DNA of 64,000 bases, from contig CBDCXR010000004.1 in NCBI GenBank assembly GCA_965223845.1, positions 2,304,001-2,368,000 on the forward strand, in the 5' to 3' direction. This DNA is from Planctomycetota bacterium. GTDB lineage: Bacteria; Planctomycetota; UBA8108; SXIK01. This document shows, one piece after another, positions 1 through 9,263 of the stretch; positions within the stretch are counted from its first letter, which is position 1; each line of letters starts with the position of its first letter. The notes under the pieces were generated by a model that was not told where the DNA came from, did no database searches, and saw only the letters and a list, made by a program, of their open reading frames with translations. The position numbers and the translations under genes are program-made.

Positions 1-18
1 CCTACGAATCCGAGCCCG

Positions 19-936
19 ATGAACGAGATCTCGTCGATCCCCCGTCTCCCGCCGCGCGCCGCCGATTCGCACAAGGGCGACTACGGTCGACTGCTGCTCG
101 TCGCGGGAAGCCGCGGGATGACTGGCGCCGCGGTTCTCGCGGCGCGGGCGAGCCTGCGGAGCGGAGTGGGTCTCGCGACGACCGCCATTCCGGGCGCGCA
201 AAGCCCCGCGCTCACGGCCGCAGTCCCCGAGACAACGCAGCTCCTCCTCGCCGACGAGGAGACGGATGACGGCGCGGCGCAGCTCGCGCTCTCGATCGCC
301 GACGACGCGCGGCCGTTCTCTGCCGCGGCGATCGGACCGGGCCTCGGACGATCGGAACGAGCGCGGGCGACCGTCGAATGGGTTCTTTCCGACTTCGATC
401 GACCGCACGTCGTCGATGCAGACGCGCTCAACATCGTCGCCGAGCACACCGAGCTCGCGAGCTTCCAGCGCGACGATCGTGTTTGGACTCCGCATCCGGG
501 CGAATTCCAGCGTCTCAGCGGAGACCTTCCGCGCGGCGACGAGGCTCGACTCCGCGCGGCGGAGGCATTCGTCGCGAAGCGCGGCGGGGTGCTCGTTCTC
601 AAGGGGCATCGCACGGTCGTCACCGACGGCGAACGCTTTCACCTCGTGACGACCGGCAATCCCGGGATGGCGACGGGCGGAACGGGAGACGTCCTCACCG
701 GCATCGTCGGCGCCCTCCTCGCTCAAGGTCTCGACGCGTTCGACGCGGCAGTCCTCGCCGCGCATGTGCACGGGCTCGCGGGTGACCTCGCGCGCGACCG
801 CTTCGGCGACACTTCGCTCGTCGCCGGAGACATCGTCGACGCTTTGCCGGCCGCGTTTCTGCAGCTCCCTTCCGGCGGAGAGGCGACTTCGCCGGCCGAG
901 GCGGCCCGCGCGACCGACAAGGCGGGCGCGGAATGA
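19..936 (+). CDS. nnrD: ADP-dependent NAD(P)H-hydrate dehydratase (YjeF C-terminal domain only)
   Basis: Motifs DSHKGDYG, AGSRGMTGAA, IGPGLG, VVDADALN, TPHPGEF, VLKG, GNPGMATGGTGDVLTG. Confidence 0.92.
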   Translation: MNEISSIPRLPPRAADSHKGDYGRLLLVAGSRGMTGAAVLAARASLRSGVGLATTAIPGAQSPALTAAVPETTQLLLADEETDDGAAQLALSIADDARPFSAAAIGPGLGRSERARATVEWVLSDFDRPHVVDADALNIVAEHTELASFQRDDRVWTPHPGEFQRLSGDLPRGDEARLRAAEAFVAKRGGVLVLKGHRTVVTDGERFHLVTTGNPGMATGGTGDVLTGIVGALLAQGLDAFDAAVLAAHVHGLAGDLARDRFGDTSLVAGDIVDALPAAFLQLPSGGEATSPAEAARATDKAGAE

Positions 937-1907
937 CCGTCCGCCTGGCGCACTTTACCGACGTCCACTTCACGACGGAGCCGCGCGAAGTTCGTTGGCG
1001 CGATTTTCTCTCCCGGCGACCGCCGTTCTTCTCGAAGCGCGCACTCGGGTGGGGAACGCTAAAGTTTCGCGGTCGGTGCGAGCATTTCAGCAGCGCCGAA
1101 ACGATCGTCGCCGCCCTCCTCCGCGATCTCGAGTCGATCGAATTCGACGCGGCCGTCTTCACGGGCGACTACACGGGGATGTCGTACCCACACGAGTTCG
1201 AGCGCGCGCGTCGGGCGTTCGCTCCGCTCTTTGCGTCGGACGTCGACGTTACATCGATTCCCGGAAACCACGACGTGTACGTCCCGTCCGTCGTCGAGTA
1301 CTCGCTCTACGAGAAGTGGTTCGGCGAGTGGACGAAGACGGATCTCGCCTCGAGCGACTTTCCGGAGCCGTTTCAGAAGTCGTATCCGTACCCGCTCGTT
1401 CGCCTCCTCGACCCCGACGTCGCGCTCATTCTTCTTCGGGACGTTTGCCCGCGGCACGTCGACTCGTCGGGCGAGCTCCCGGAGAACCAGATCCGGGCGC
1501 TCGACTGGCTGCTGGGATCGGACGTTCTCGGCGGCCGGACGGCGATCGTCGCGCTCCACTACGGCCTCGCGCGAAGCGACGGATCGCCCGACACGAAGTT
1601 CCACGGTCTCGCCCAGGCGCCGGCGGTGCTCTCGCTCTGTCGGTCGCACGGCGTCGCGCTCGTCATTCACGGCCACCTGCACGACCGGTTCGTCCATCCG
1701 GCCGGGACGGTCGGCGCGAGTGCGATCGCGAATCCCGGCTCGCTCACTCACACGAAGTACGCGCAGAGCTACCACGTCTACGAGATCTCCGCCGGCGAGG
1801 TGTCGCTCGAGGCGCGCCGATACAACCGAGACTCAGGCGAATTCGAATGCTGGGCGGACGCGCCGACCGCGGGAACGATCTGGTCGCGCGAGACGGCGAC
1901 CGGCTGA
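933..1907 (+). CDS. Calcineurin-like metallophosphoesterase (CpdA/Icc-like)
   Basis: All five metal motifs are present: FTDVH, TGD, PGNHD, ALHY, HGHLH. ATGA overlap with nnrD. Confidence 0.85.
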   Translation: MTVRLAHFTDVHFTTEPREVRWRDFLSRRPPFFSKRALGWGTLKFRGRCEHFSSAETIVAALLRDLESIEFDAAVFTGDYTGMSYPHEFERARRAFAPLFASDVDVTSIPGNHDVYVPSVVEYSLYEKWFGEWTKTDLASSDFPEPFQKSYPYPLVRLLDPDVALILLRDVCPRHVDSSGELPENQIRALDWLLGSDVLGGRTAIVALHYGLARSDGSPDTKFHGLAQAPAVLSLCRSHGVALVIHGHLHDRFVHPAGTVGASAIANPGSLTHTKYAQSYHVYEISAGEVSLEARRYNRDSGEFECWADAPTAGTIWSRETATG

Positions 1908-1993
1908 ATCACCCGCGAACTCGGGTTCGTCGAGTGGAACGGAGAGCGGCGGCTCGGCTATCATCCACCGAGCTCGGAGACCGGAGGCCCGCC

Positions 1994-3961
1994 GTGACGA
2001 ACTCGACTCTGCACTCAGTACCCCCTCGCTCTCGCGCGACGCTCGCGCGTTCGTTTGGCATCGCGATCTCGCTTGCGAGCGCGTTCGCCTCCGTTCGTTC
2101 GCTGAGCGCGGGCGACACGAACGACGCTGCCCGCGGCGCCGATTCCGAGCTCGACGCTTCAGATCGCTGGATCGAGATCATGGCGGCGCACGCCTACAGC
2201 GACGTCGAGATGCGAACGACGCTCGGAATCTCAGCGGAGGAGCTCGCGGAGCGGCGCGATCGGCTCGGTCTCCCGCGCGAAGGAACGACGTCGGTCGCCC
2301 GTCGTTCGCCGGACGGGCGGCTGCGCATTCTTCCCTACCCGGGCGGACGGCACCCGCGGATCGGATTCCTCGAGGGCGCGATCGATCCCTGGCGCGAAAC
2401 GAAGCTGAGCGTACTTCTCCCGTGGGAAGACGCCGGCTACGTGGTCGTCGATCTTCCCGAGGCGCTTTGGCGGGAACGCGAGCTCTACTTCCTCGCGCAC
2501 ACGCACATCCCGACCGTCTGGGATCGGCGCGGGGTGACACTCGGCCGCGACGACTGGGAGGAGCTTCCCGACGGAGGGCTCCGGAACCGGTTTCATCTTC
2601 CCGACGGCGCGCTCATCACCGCGGAGGCACGTCCGACGAGCGACGCGGTCGACCTCCAGCTGCGCCTCAAGAATCAAACCGGACGGCGTCTCACCGGACT
2701 TCGAACGCAGGTCTGCGTCCTTCTTCGCGGTGCCGAGGGGTTTAGCGCGCAAACGAACGACAACAAAGTCCTGGAATCCGTCGAAGGGATCTCCGCACGT
2801 CCTGCCGGCGCGGCGGTGAAATCGGCGGACGGCGATCGAACGATCGCGACGCTCTGGACTCGCGCGCGTCCGTGGGCGAACCCGCCTTGCCCGTGCGTCC
2901 ACTCCGATCCGGTGTTCCCGGACCTCGATCAGGGTGAGGAGGCAACGGTCTACGGGAGAATCTTCTTTCACGAAGGGAGCGGCCTCGAAGCGGCGATGGA
3001 GCGCCACCGCCGCGAGCTCGCAGCACGCGCGACGACGGCGAAGCCGATCGCGCCGCGGCTCGTCTCCGTCGATCGCATCTGGGACCGCGCGGCCCACTCC
3101 GCGTTCACCGATCTCATTCGCCACAACGACGAGTGGTACTGCGTCTTTCGAGAAGGCGGCGGGCACGTCTCGGTCGAGGGTGCGATTCGCGTGCTCGCGT
3201 CTCGCGATGGTCGCCACTGGGAATCCCGATCCGTCCTCCGCTCGACGACGGCCGACCTGCGCGATCCAAAGATCTGCGTGCAGCCCGACGGACGGTTTCT
3301 CCTGACCGCCGCCGCGGCGCTCACGCAGCCGAGCCCGATCCGCCACCAGACGCTCGCGTGGCATTCGGCCGATGCGAAGAGCTGGACCGAGCCGGCGCCG
3401 ATCGGCGATCCGAACTTCTGGGTTTGGCGCGTCGACTGGGTCCGGGAGGATCTCGCTCTCGGGATCGGCTACGGGACGACGGAGAAGCGCGGCCTCCGGC
3501 TCTACTCGAGCCGAGACGGAGACGGTTTCGCGACCCGCGCCGAAACGCTGCTCGAGGCCGGCTACGTGAACGAAACGAGCCTCGCCCCACAGCCCGACGG
3601 ATCGGTCCTCTGCGTGGCGCGGCGCGATCCCGCGAGCGCGATGCTCGGTAGCGGCGTCGAGCCGTTCGACGGCGCGAGTTGGACGTGGCGGGACCTCGGC
3701 GTGCGGCTCGGCGGTCCGAAGATCCTCCGGCTTCCGGACGGTCGCCACGTCGTCGCCGGTCGCCGGTACGACGGACGGGTGCGAACGTCGCTCGCCTGGC
3801 TCGAACCCGAATCCGCCCGGATCGAGGAGTTCTTGTCGCTCCCCTCGGGTGGCGATACGAGCTACCCGGGCCTCGTCTACGAAGCGGGCCTCCTCTGGGT
3901 GAGTTACTACTCCTCGCACGAGGGGAAGACTTCGATCTACCTCGCGCGAGTGGATCTCTGA
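1994..3961 (+). CDS. Secreted two-domain protein: uncharacterised N-terminal domain plus C-terminal sialidase-like/BNR beta-propeller
   Basis: 3' part of track ORF 764..3961. GTG at 1994 follows GGAGG (1983-1987), then a hydrophobic signal-like segment. C-terminal half has HSAFTDL, VFREG, DLRDPK and LPSGGDTSYPG...SYYSSH. Confidence 0.7.
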   Translation: MTNSTLHSVPPRSRATLARSFGIAISLASAFASVRSLSAGDTNDAARGADSELDASDRWIEIMAAHAYSDVEMRTTLGISAEELAERRDRLGLPREGTTSVARRSPDGRLRILPYPGGRHPRIGFLEGAIDPWRETKLSVLLPWEDAGYVVVDLPEALWRERELYFLAHTHIPTVWDRRGVTLGRDDWEELPDGGLRNRFHLPDGALITAEARPTSDAVDLQLRLKNQTGRRLTGLRTQVCVLLRGAEGFSAQTNDNKVLESVEGISARPAGAAVKSADGDRTIATLWTRARPWANPPCPCVHSDPVFPDLDQGEEATVYGRIFFHEGSGLEAAMERHRRELAARATTAKPIAPRLVSVDRIWDRAAHSAFTDLIRHNDEWYCVFREGGGHVSVEGAIRVLASRDGRHWESRSVLRSTTADLRDPKICVQPDGRFLLTAAAALTQPSPIRHQTLAWHSADAKSWTEPAPIGDPNFWVWRVDWVREDLALGIGYGTTEKRGLRLYSSRDGDGFATRAETLLEAGYVNETSLAPQPDGSVLCVARRDPASAMLGSGVEPFDGASWTWRDLGVRLGGPKILRLPDGRHVVAGRRYDGRVRTSLAWLEPESARIEEFLSLPSGGDTSYPGLVYEAGLLWVSYYSSHEGKTSIYLARVDL

Positions 3962-4218
3962 TCGCGGGCTCCGAGTCCCCGGAACGCCGCGATCCGGCCG
4001 TCGAAAAACGGTTGCAATCCGGGGCTCAATGGTGACTTATTAGGGGCTTCGTCCAGCCCCGACCGCATCGCAGGGACGGCACTTCGCGAGATCCGAAGTC
4101 GCGGGCGGACGACGAGATCACCCACGAGTGCGCTCCGAGCGGCGACTCCCGCGACGAGGTCGCTCCGCGCCGGGCCGCACGATCCCGGGCGTGTCGAGTC
4201 AGCAGAGGAAAGGACAGA

Positions 4219-4830
4219 ATGGGACACTACATCGGCCCCAAAGCGCGGATCAATCGACGTCTCGGGGAAAAGGTATACGACTCGAACGGCGCGCTCCGCG
4301 CCTCGTCGCGTCGGTTCGCTCCGCCAGGACCGCCGTCCCAGCGCCGTCGTCGTGTGACCGACTACGGTCGCGCGCTGATGGAGAAGCAGAAGATCCGTCA
4401 CTATTACGGACTCAGCCAAAAGCAACTCGACCGCTTCTTCGGCATCGCAAAGCGCATCAAGGGTAACACCGGGGAAAACCTCCTCCTCCTCTGCGAGCGC
4501 CGTCTCGACAACGTGGTGTGGAAAGCCGGTCTCGCGCGGACGCGATCGCAGGCCCGCCAGACGGTGAGCCACGGGCATCTTCTCGTCAATGGACGGCGGA
4601 CGGACGTTCCGTCGTACCTCGTGCGGCCCGACGACGTCGTCGAGGTGAGAGGGAAGGCGAATCTCCAGAAGATGTACAACGGGATCGTCGAAGAGGTCGA
4701 TCGACCGCTGCCAGGGTTCCTCGCCGTCGAAGAGAAGTCGCTCAAGATCAAGATTCTCCGGAATCCGGACACGGACGATGTTGGCCTTCCGGTCAACATC
4801 AACCAGGTCATCGAGTTCATGAGCCGTTGA
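4219..4830 (+). CDS. rpsD: 30S ribosomal protein S4 (form without Zn-ribbon cysteines)
   Basis: GPKARINRRLG, DYGRALMEKQK, ERRLDNVV, ARQTVSHGH and C-terminal VIEFMSR. RBS GAGGAAAGGA upstream. Confidence 0.97.
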   Translation: MGHYIGPKARINRRLGEKVYDSNGALRASSRRFAPPGPPSQRRRRVTDYGRALMEKQKIRHYYGLSQKQLDRFFGIAKRIKGNTGENLLLLCERRLDNVVWKAGLARTRSQARQTVSHGHLLVNGRRTDVPSYLVRPDDVVEVRGKANLQKMYNGIVEEVDRPLPGFLAVEEKSLKIKILRNPDTDDVGLPVNINQVIEFMSR

Positions 4831-4878
4831 GCAGCGCTCGAGAAATCCGCATCGGCGAGTCGTGCCGGTTCGGATTCC

Positions 4879-5841
4879 TTGAACGCGCTCTCCGTCCGGG
4901 CGAGTGACGCCGAATCCGCGCCGGCTCGAGTGGGCGAGCTCTCGTTCGGCTCGAACCGGGATCGCGCTGTGAGCTCGACGAACGATCCCGCCGAGGGTAA
5001 CGACGCTCGCTCCGGCGAACCGGAGGGAGCTCTCGTCGAGGCGGCGTGGGACGCAGTCGCGCCGCGCTACGCCGAGTACTGGGTACCTCGGTTTCGGCCG
5101 TTCGCGTTCGACGCTCTCGCGGATTTTCGCCCCCTCCCCCGCGGGCCGATCTGCGTGCCCGCGTGCGGACCCGGGGCCGAGGTGATCGAGATCGCGGCGC
5201 GGCATCCCGGCCGGGAGATCCTCGCGAGCGACCTCGCGCCGGCGATGGTCGAGATCGCGCGCAGAAGGGTGGCGGAGAGTGGGCTCGCTGATCGCGTCAG
5301 CGTGAAGCGGGGCGACGCGGAGGAGCTCTCCTCGGAAGTGCGCGGCGCCGCGGGCGTCTTCTCCGCGTTCGCGCTCCAGCTTCTCCCGAGTCCGTCGACA
5401 ACTCTCCTCGATTGGCTCGACGCCGTGGCGGCCGGTGGCACGGTGACGGCAGTGTTTTGGCCTCACTCGGAGCAGAAGGAGACCTTTGGCTGTCTCCGGT
5501 CGATCCTCGAGCGCGCGGGCGCGCCCGCGCGGCCGGCCTGGGAAGAGAACGCCCTTCGCGCTCTGGACGAACAAGGAGTCGCCCTCCTCCGCGATCGCTA
5601 CATCGCGGGCGAGATCGCGCACGCGAGCGCAGTGGAGCTCTGGGATCGGCTCGTCGATTCCGGCCCGCTACAGGCGACGCTGCTCCGTTCCGGCGCAGGG
5701 GTGATCGCTCGGGCACGCAGGGAGTTTCTCCGCGAGTCGGTTCTCCGCCGAAAGGGTGACGAATGGGTTTACGATGGAACCGCGCGGGTCTGGACCTTGC
5801 AGCGCTGCGCGTCGCCAGCACGCGCGGAGGAGCGCGGGTGA
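4879..5841 (+). CDS. Class I SAM-dependent methyltransferase
   Basis: Motif I variant VPACGPG, then ASDLAPAMV and GDAEEL. The true start may be GTG at 4969. Confidence 0.72.
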   Translation: MNALSVRASDAESAPARVGELSFGSNRDRAVSSTNDPAEGNDARSGEPEGALVEAAWDAVAPRYAEYWVPRFRPFAFDALADFRPLPRGPICVPACGPGAEVIEIAARHPGREILASDLAPAMVEIARRRVAESGLADRVSVKRGDAEELSSEVRGAAGVFSAFALQLLPSPSTTLLDWLDAVAAGGTVTAVFWPHSEQKETFGCLRSILERAGAPARPAWEENALRALDEQGVALLRDRYIAGEIAHASAVELWDRLVDSGPLQATLLRSGAGVIARARREFLRESVLRRKGDEWVYDGTARVWTLQRCASPARAEERG

Positions 5842-5881
5842 AACACTTGGGCTGCGCGAGCGTGTCGCTTAAGTTCTCGGT

Positions 5882-7498
5882 ATGATCCGGCGGCCTTCGA
5901 GAACGCTCGCACTCTTCGCGGTCTGTATCGCGGCACTCGACCTCTCGCAGCGTGTTCCTTTCATTCCCCCTCTCTCGGCGGCGCCGGGGGATCGTCCGAG
6001 CAAGCCCGCGATCCGTCCCACGATCGACGAGGTGACCGCGACTCTCCAGCGCGAGCGCGAGGAGTCCGTCGAGCGGTTTGCCGATCGTCTGCTCCGGGCC
6101 GCGACCCGCGCGCGCGCGAACGGGTGTCGGCGCGTCGTCCGGCGAGTGGCCGAAGAGCTCGCCCTCGTCGAAGGGATCGTCCGCAGCCGTCTCGATCGGA
6201 CGGTCACCAAAGAACCGGACGCGGGACCCGATTCCTCGGGCCGCGACGACGCGGACGAGTGCGCCCTCGCGAAACGGCTCGCGCTCCGCATCGACGAAGC
6301 GCGTCGCGAGCTCGTACGGGAGCTTGCGGCCTCGATCGAGTGGTCGATCGAGAACGGTGCACCCGGCGCGGCGTTCGAGCTCGCGGTCTCGACGCTCGCC
6401 ATCGATCCGAAGAATGCGAAACTTCGTCGCAGGATCGGTCAGGAGCCCATCTCGGATACCCGCTCCCGGCGCGTTGTCTGGCTCCGACCGTACGAACTCG
6501 GAATGGCCCGATCCGGACGCTTCGATCACCCGCGTTTCGGCTGGGTCACGCCGAGCGAGGCCGAGCGGTACGCTCGAGGCGAACTGCTCGATCGCGGGAC
6601 GTGGCGACCGGCCGCCGATGTGTTCGCACAAAGCGTCCACGGACACCTTTCCACGAAGCTCGAGACCGAAAACTTCGAGCTCTACGCGAACGTCTCGCGC
6701 GATCAAGCGGTTGCGTTCAGTCGAGAGATCGAGCGCATTCACGCCGCGGTCATGCGGGAATGGGGCGATTTCTTCGCGAGGAGCGACGCCGAAGAGACCC
6801 GTCGGCGGATCTTCGGCGGCAAGCGATCGAACGCGCGACGACTGCGCGTTCACCTTCACCGCGACCGGGCATCATTTCGGGCGGAGATCGAATCCGATCC
6901 CCGTCTCCGCGCGCTCGGAAACGTCGCGCTCGCGGCGGAAAGCGCCGGGTTTTATTGGGGCGGGAGCGGACGAGCGTACTTTTGGCTGAACGGTTCGGGA
7001 GACTTCGCGACCGTCTACCACGAAATCACCCACCAGGTGTTCGGCGAAGCGGCCGCGCGCGGGTCACGGCCGCCGACGTGGCTCGCAGAGGGGATCGCCG
7101 TCTACATGGAAGAGGTCGAGCTCCGCGGTTCGCGGGACCAAGGGACGGATCGCTTTGTCGCGGGCCGTCGACCTCCGGCGGGAATCGACCGACTGCGTCG
7201 CGAAGAGGCTCCGCTCCTCCCCTTCCTTCGCCGTGCGCACGACGAACGCGACTTCCACGGCGAGGCGCGCGCCGAGAACTACGATCAAGCGGGGGCGGCG
7301 GTCCACTTCTTTCGCCATCACGCACACGGTGCGCTCCGTCGCGCGTTCGTCCGCTTCGCGCGTCGCGCCTACGATGGTGAATTTCCTAACGAGTCCGAAG
7401 GTCTCCGCGCGCTCACGAGGGAGCTCGGAGTCGAGAACGCGGCGCTCGAATCCGCGTGGACGAAGTTCCTCGCACGCCCCGCGGTAGTCGAGCTTTGA
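5882..7498 (+). CDS. Secreted DUF1570/peptidase MA-like zinc metalloprotein
   Basis: Signal-like N-terminus; HEITH (HExxH) followed by PTWLAEGIAVYME; downstream YDQAGAAVHFF. Confidence 0.7.
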   Translation: MIRRPSRTLALFAVCIAALDLSQRVPFIPPLSAAPGDRPSKPAIRPTIDEVTATLQREREESVERFADRLLRAATRARANGCRRVVRRVAEELALVEGIVRSRLDRTVTKEPDAGPDSSGRDDADECALAKRLALRIDEARRELVRELAASIEWSIENGAPGAAFELAVSTLAIDPKNAKLRRRIGQEPISDTRSRRVVWLRPYELGMARSGRFDHPRFGWVTPSEAERYARGELLDRGTWRPAADVFAQSVHGHLSTKLETENFELYANVSRDQAVAFSREIERIHAAVMREWGDFFARSDAEETRRRIFGGKRSNARRLRVHLHRDRASFRAEIESDPRLRALGNVALAAESAGFYWGGSGRAYFWLNGSGDFATVYHEITHQVFGEAAARGSRPPTWLAEGIAVYMEEVELRGSRDQGTDRFVAGRRPPAGIDRLRREEAPLLPFLRRAHDERDFHGEARAENYDQAGAAVHFFRHHAHGALRRAFVRFARRAYDGEFPNESEGLRALTRELGVENAALESAWTKFLARPAVVEL

Positions 7499-7649
7499 CG
7501 CGCGAATCCAAGCGCGTGCCGGCCCCCGGTCGCGCACTCACTCTTCTCGCCCAAAAACTACTGCGATCCGATCGCCCGATGGACGAGAATCGGAAGCCGT
7601 TTGACGGGGACAAACCTTCTCCCCACTCTTCTCACGACAAGAGGTCACC

Positions 7650-9263
7650 ATGCGATTGAAGTGGAGTTGTTTCTCTTCCGGGCGACCGCCGATGCGCACC
7701 ACCGGGCGGCGTCTCGTCATCGGGTTCGTCGCGTGCGGCTGCGTTCTCCTAGAGACGGCTCGCCTCCCGGCTCAGCGCGTTCCCGTCGAGGAGCACGTTC
7801 TCGAGAACGGTCTTCGGCTCCTCCTCGTGCCCCGGCCCGGTTCGCCGAATATCGCCGCCGGTTGGATCGCGCGGGTTGGCTCGGTCAACGAACGTCCGGG
7901 GATCACCGGGATCGCGCATCTCTTCGAACACATGATGTTCAAGGGAACTCACGTCATCGGCACGCGCGACCTCGAGAAGAACCGTGAAGTGATGGCGCAG
8001 CTCGACGCCGTGCGCGAGGAGCTCGCGCGCGAAGACGAGGCGGTCGCAGAGAAGCTCCTGCGGGGCGAGCTCGACGATGCCCCCACGCCTGAGCAGCGCA
8101 CACCGCGCCACAACGAGCTCCTGCAGAAGTTTCGCTCCCTCAACGAAGCCGAACGCGAGCTCACGGTGAAAGATGAGTTCGATCGCGTCTACTCGGCGGC
8201 GGGCGCGTCGGGAATGAACGCAGGCACGACGCGAGACTTCACCGTCTACTTCATCAACGTTCCGACGAACAAGCTCGAGCTCTGGTTCTGGATGGAGTCG
8301 GATCGGCTCCTCAATCCGGTGTTTCGGGAGTTTTACACCGAGCGGGACGTCGTCCGAGAAGAGCGCCGCATGCGCGTTGAAAGCACACCGACGGGGCGAC
8401 TCGACGAACAGTTCGAGGCGCTCTTTTGGAAATCATCGCCCTACGGATGGCCGGTGATCGGTTGGCCGAGCGACGTCGAAGCGATCAGTCGCGAGGAAGC
8501 GCTCGGCTTCTTCAGCGTGTACTACGCGCCGAACAATCTCTCGGCCTGCCTCGTCGGCGACTTCGACCCGAAAGTCGCGCTCGCGCTCGCCGAGCGATAC
8601 TTCGGTCGCCTGCGGCGTGGACCGCGGGAGCCGAGCGCCATCCGCACGACCGAAGTCGAGCCGCTCGGTGAGGTGCGCTTCAGCGCCTCGGCCGAGACGA
8701 GCCCGCAGGTCAAGGTTCGATATCACACGGTTGCGGAGGGACATCGCGACGAGTACGCGCTGTCGCTTCTCGGCGACGTCCTGAGCGGCCGTACCGGTAG
8801 GCTCTACAAATCGCTCGTGCTCGATCAGAAGATCGCGACGCAGACCACGGCGTATCAACGAGGATCGAAGTTCGGCGGCTACTTCGAGATGATCGGCGTC
8901 GGGAAGCCCGGCGAAGACCTGGCGGCCGTGGAAGCGGCGTTGGACGCCGAGCTCGACGAGCTACGGACAGGGCTCGTCGGTGAACGGGAGCTCCAAAAGG
9001 TTAAGAACCAAGTCGAGGCGGCAGAGTTTCGCCGCCTCCGCGCCGACTTCTCGTTGATGCTCGAGCTCCTCATTCGCGAGGCCTACCGCGGCTGGGAGAC
9101 GATCACGACCGACTCCGAGAAGCTTCAGGCCGTGACGGCGGAAGACATTCAGCGCGTCGCGAAGAGGTATCTCGTTCCCGAGCGCCGCGTCGTCGCCACC
9201 TACACGACGAAGACGGCGGACACCAGCCGAGCGACCACGAACCGCGGGGAGGCCAACCGATGA
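7650..9263 (+). CDS. M16 family (insulinase-like) zinc peptidase, catalytic subunit
   Basis: LENGL, GSVNE, inverted zinc motif HLFEH, NAGT, EERR, YYAPNN. The start may be ATG at 7692. Confidence 0.92.
   Translation: MRLKWSCFSSGRPPMRTTGRRLVIGFVACGCVLLETARLPAQRVPVEEHVLENGLRLLLVPRPGSPNIAAGWIARVGSVNERPGITGIAHLFEHMMFKGTHVIGTRDLEKNREVMAQLDAVREELAREDEAVAEKLLRGELDDAPTPEQRTPRHNELLQKFRSLNEAERELTVKDEFDRVYSAAGASGMNAGTTRDFTVYFINVPTNKLELWFWMESDRLLNPVFREFYTERDVVREERRMRVESTPTGRLDEQFEALFWKSSPYGWPVIGWPSDVEAISREEALGFFSVYYAPNNLSACLVGDFDPKVALALAERYFGRLRRGPREPSAIRTTEVEPLGEVRFSASAETSPQVKVRYHTVAEGHRDEYALSLLGDVLSGRTGRLYKSLVLDQKIATQTTAYQRGSKFGGYFEMIGVGKPGEDLAAVEAALDAELDELRTGLVGERELQKVKNQVEAAEFRRLRADFSLMLELLIREAYRGWETITTDSEKLQAVTAEDIQRVAKRYLVPERRVVATYTTKTADTSRATTNRGEANR

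Noticed and set aside
764-1993. 5' extension of the 1065-aa track ORF
   Set aside because: It overlaps nnrD and the metallophosphoesterase in another frame and is Arg-rich nonsense; a GTG with RBS lies at 1994.
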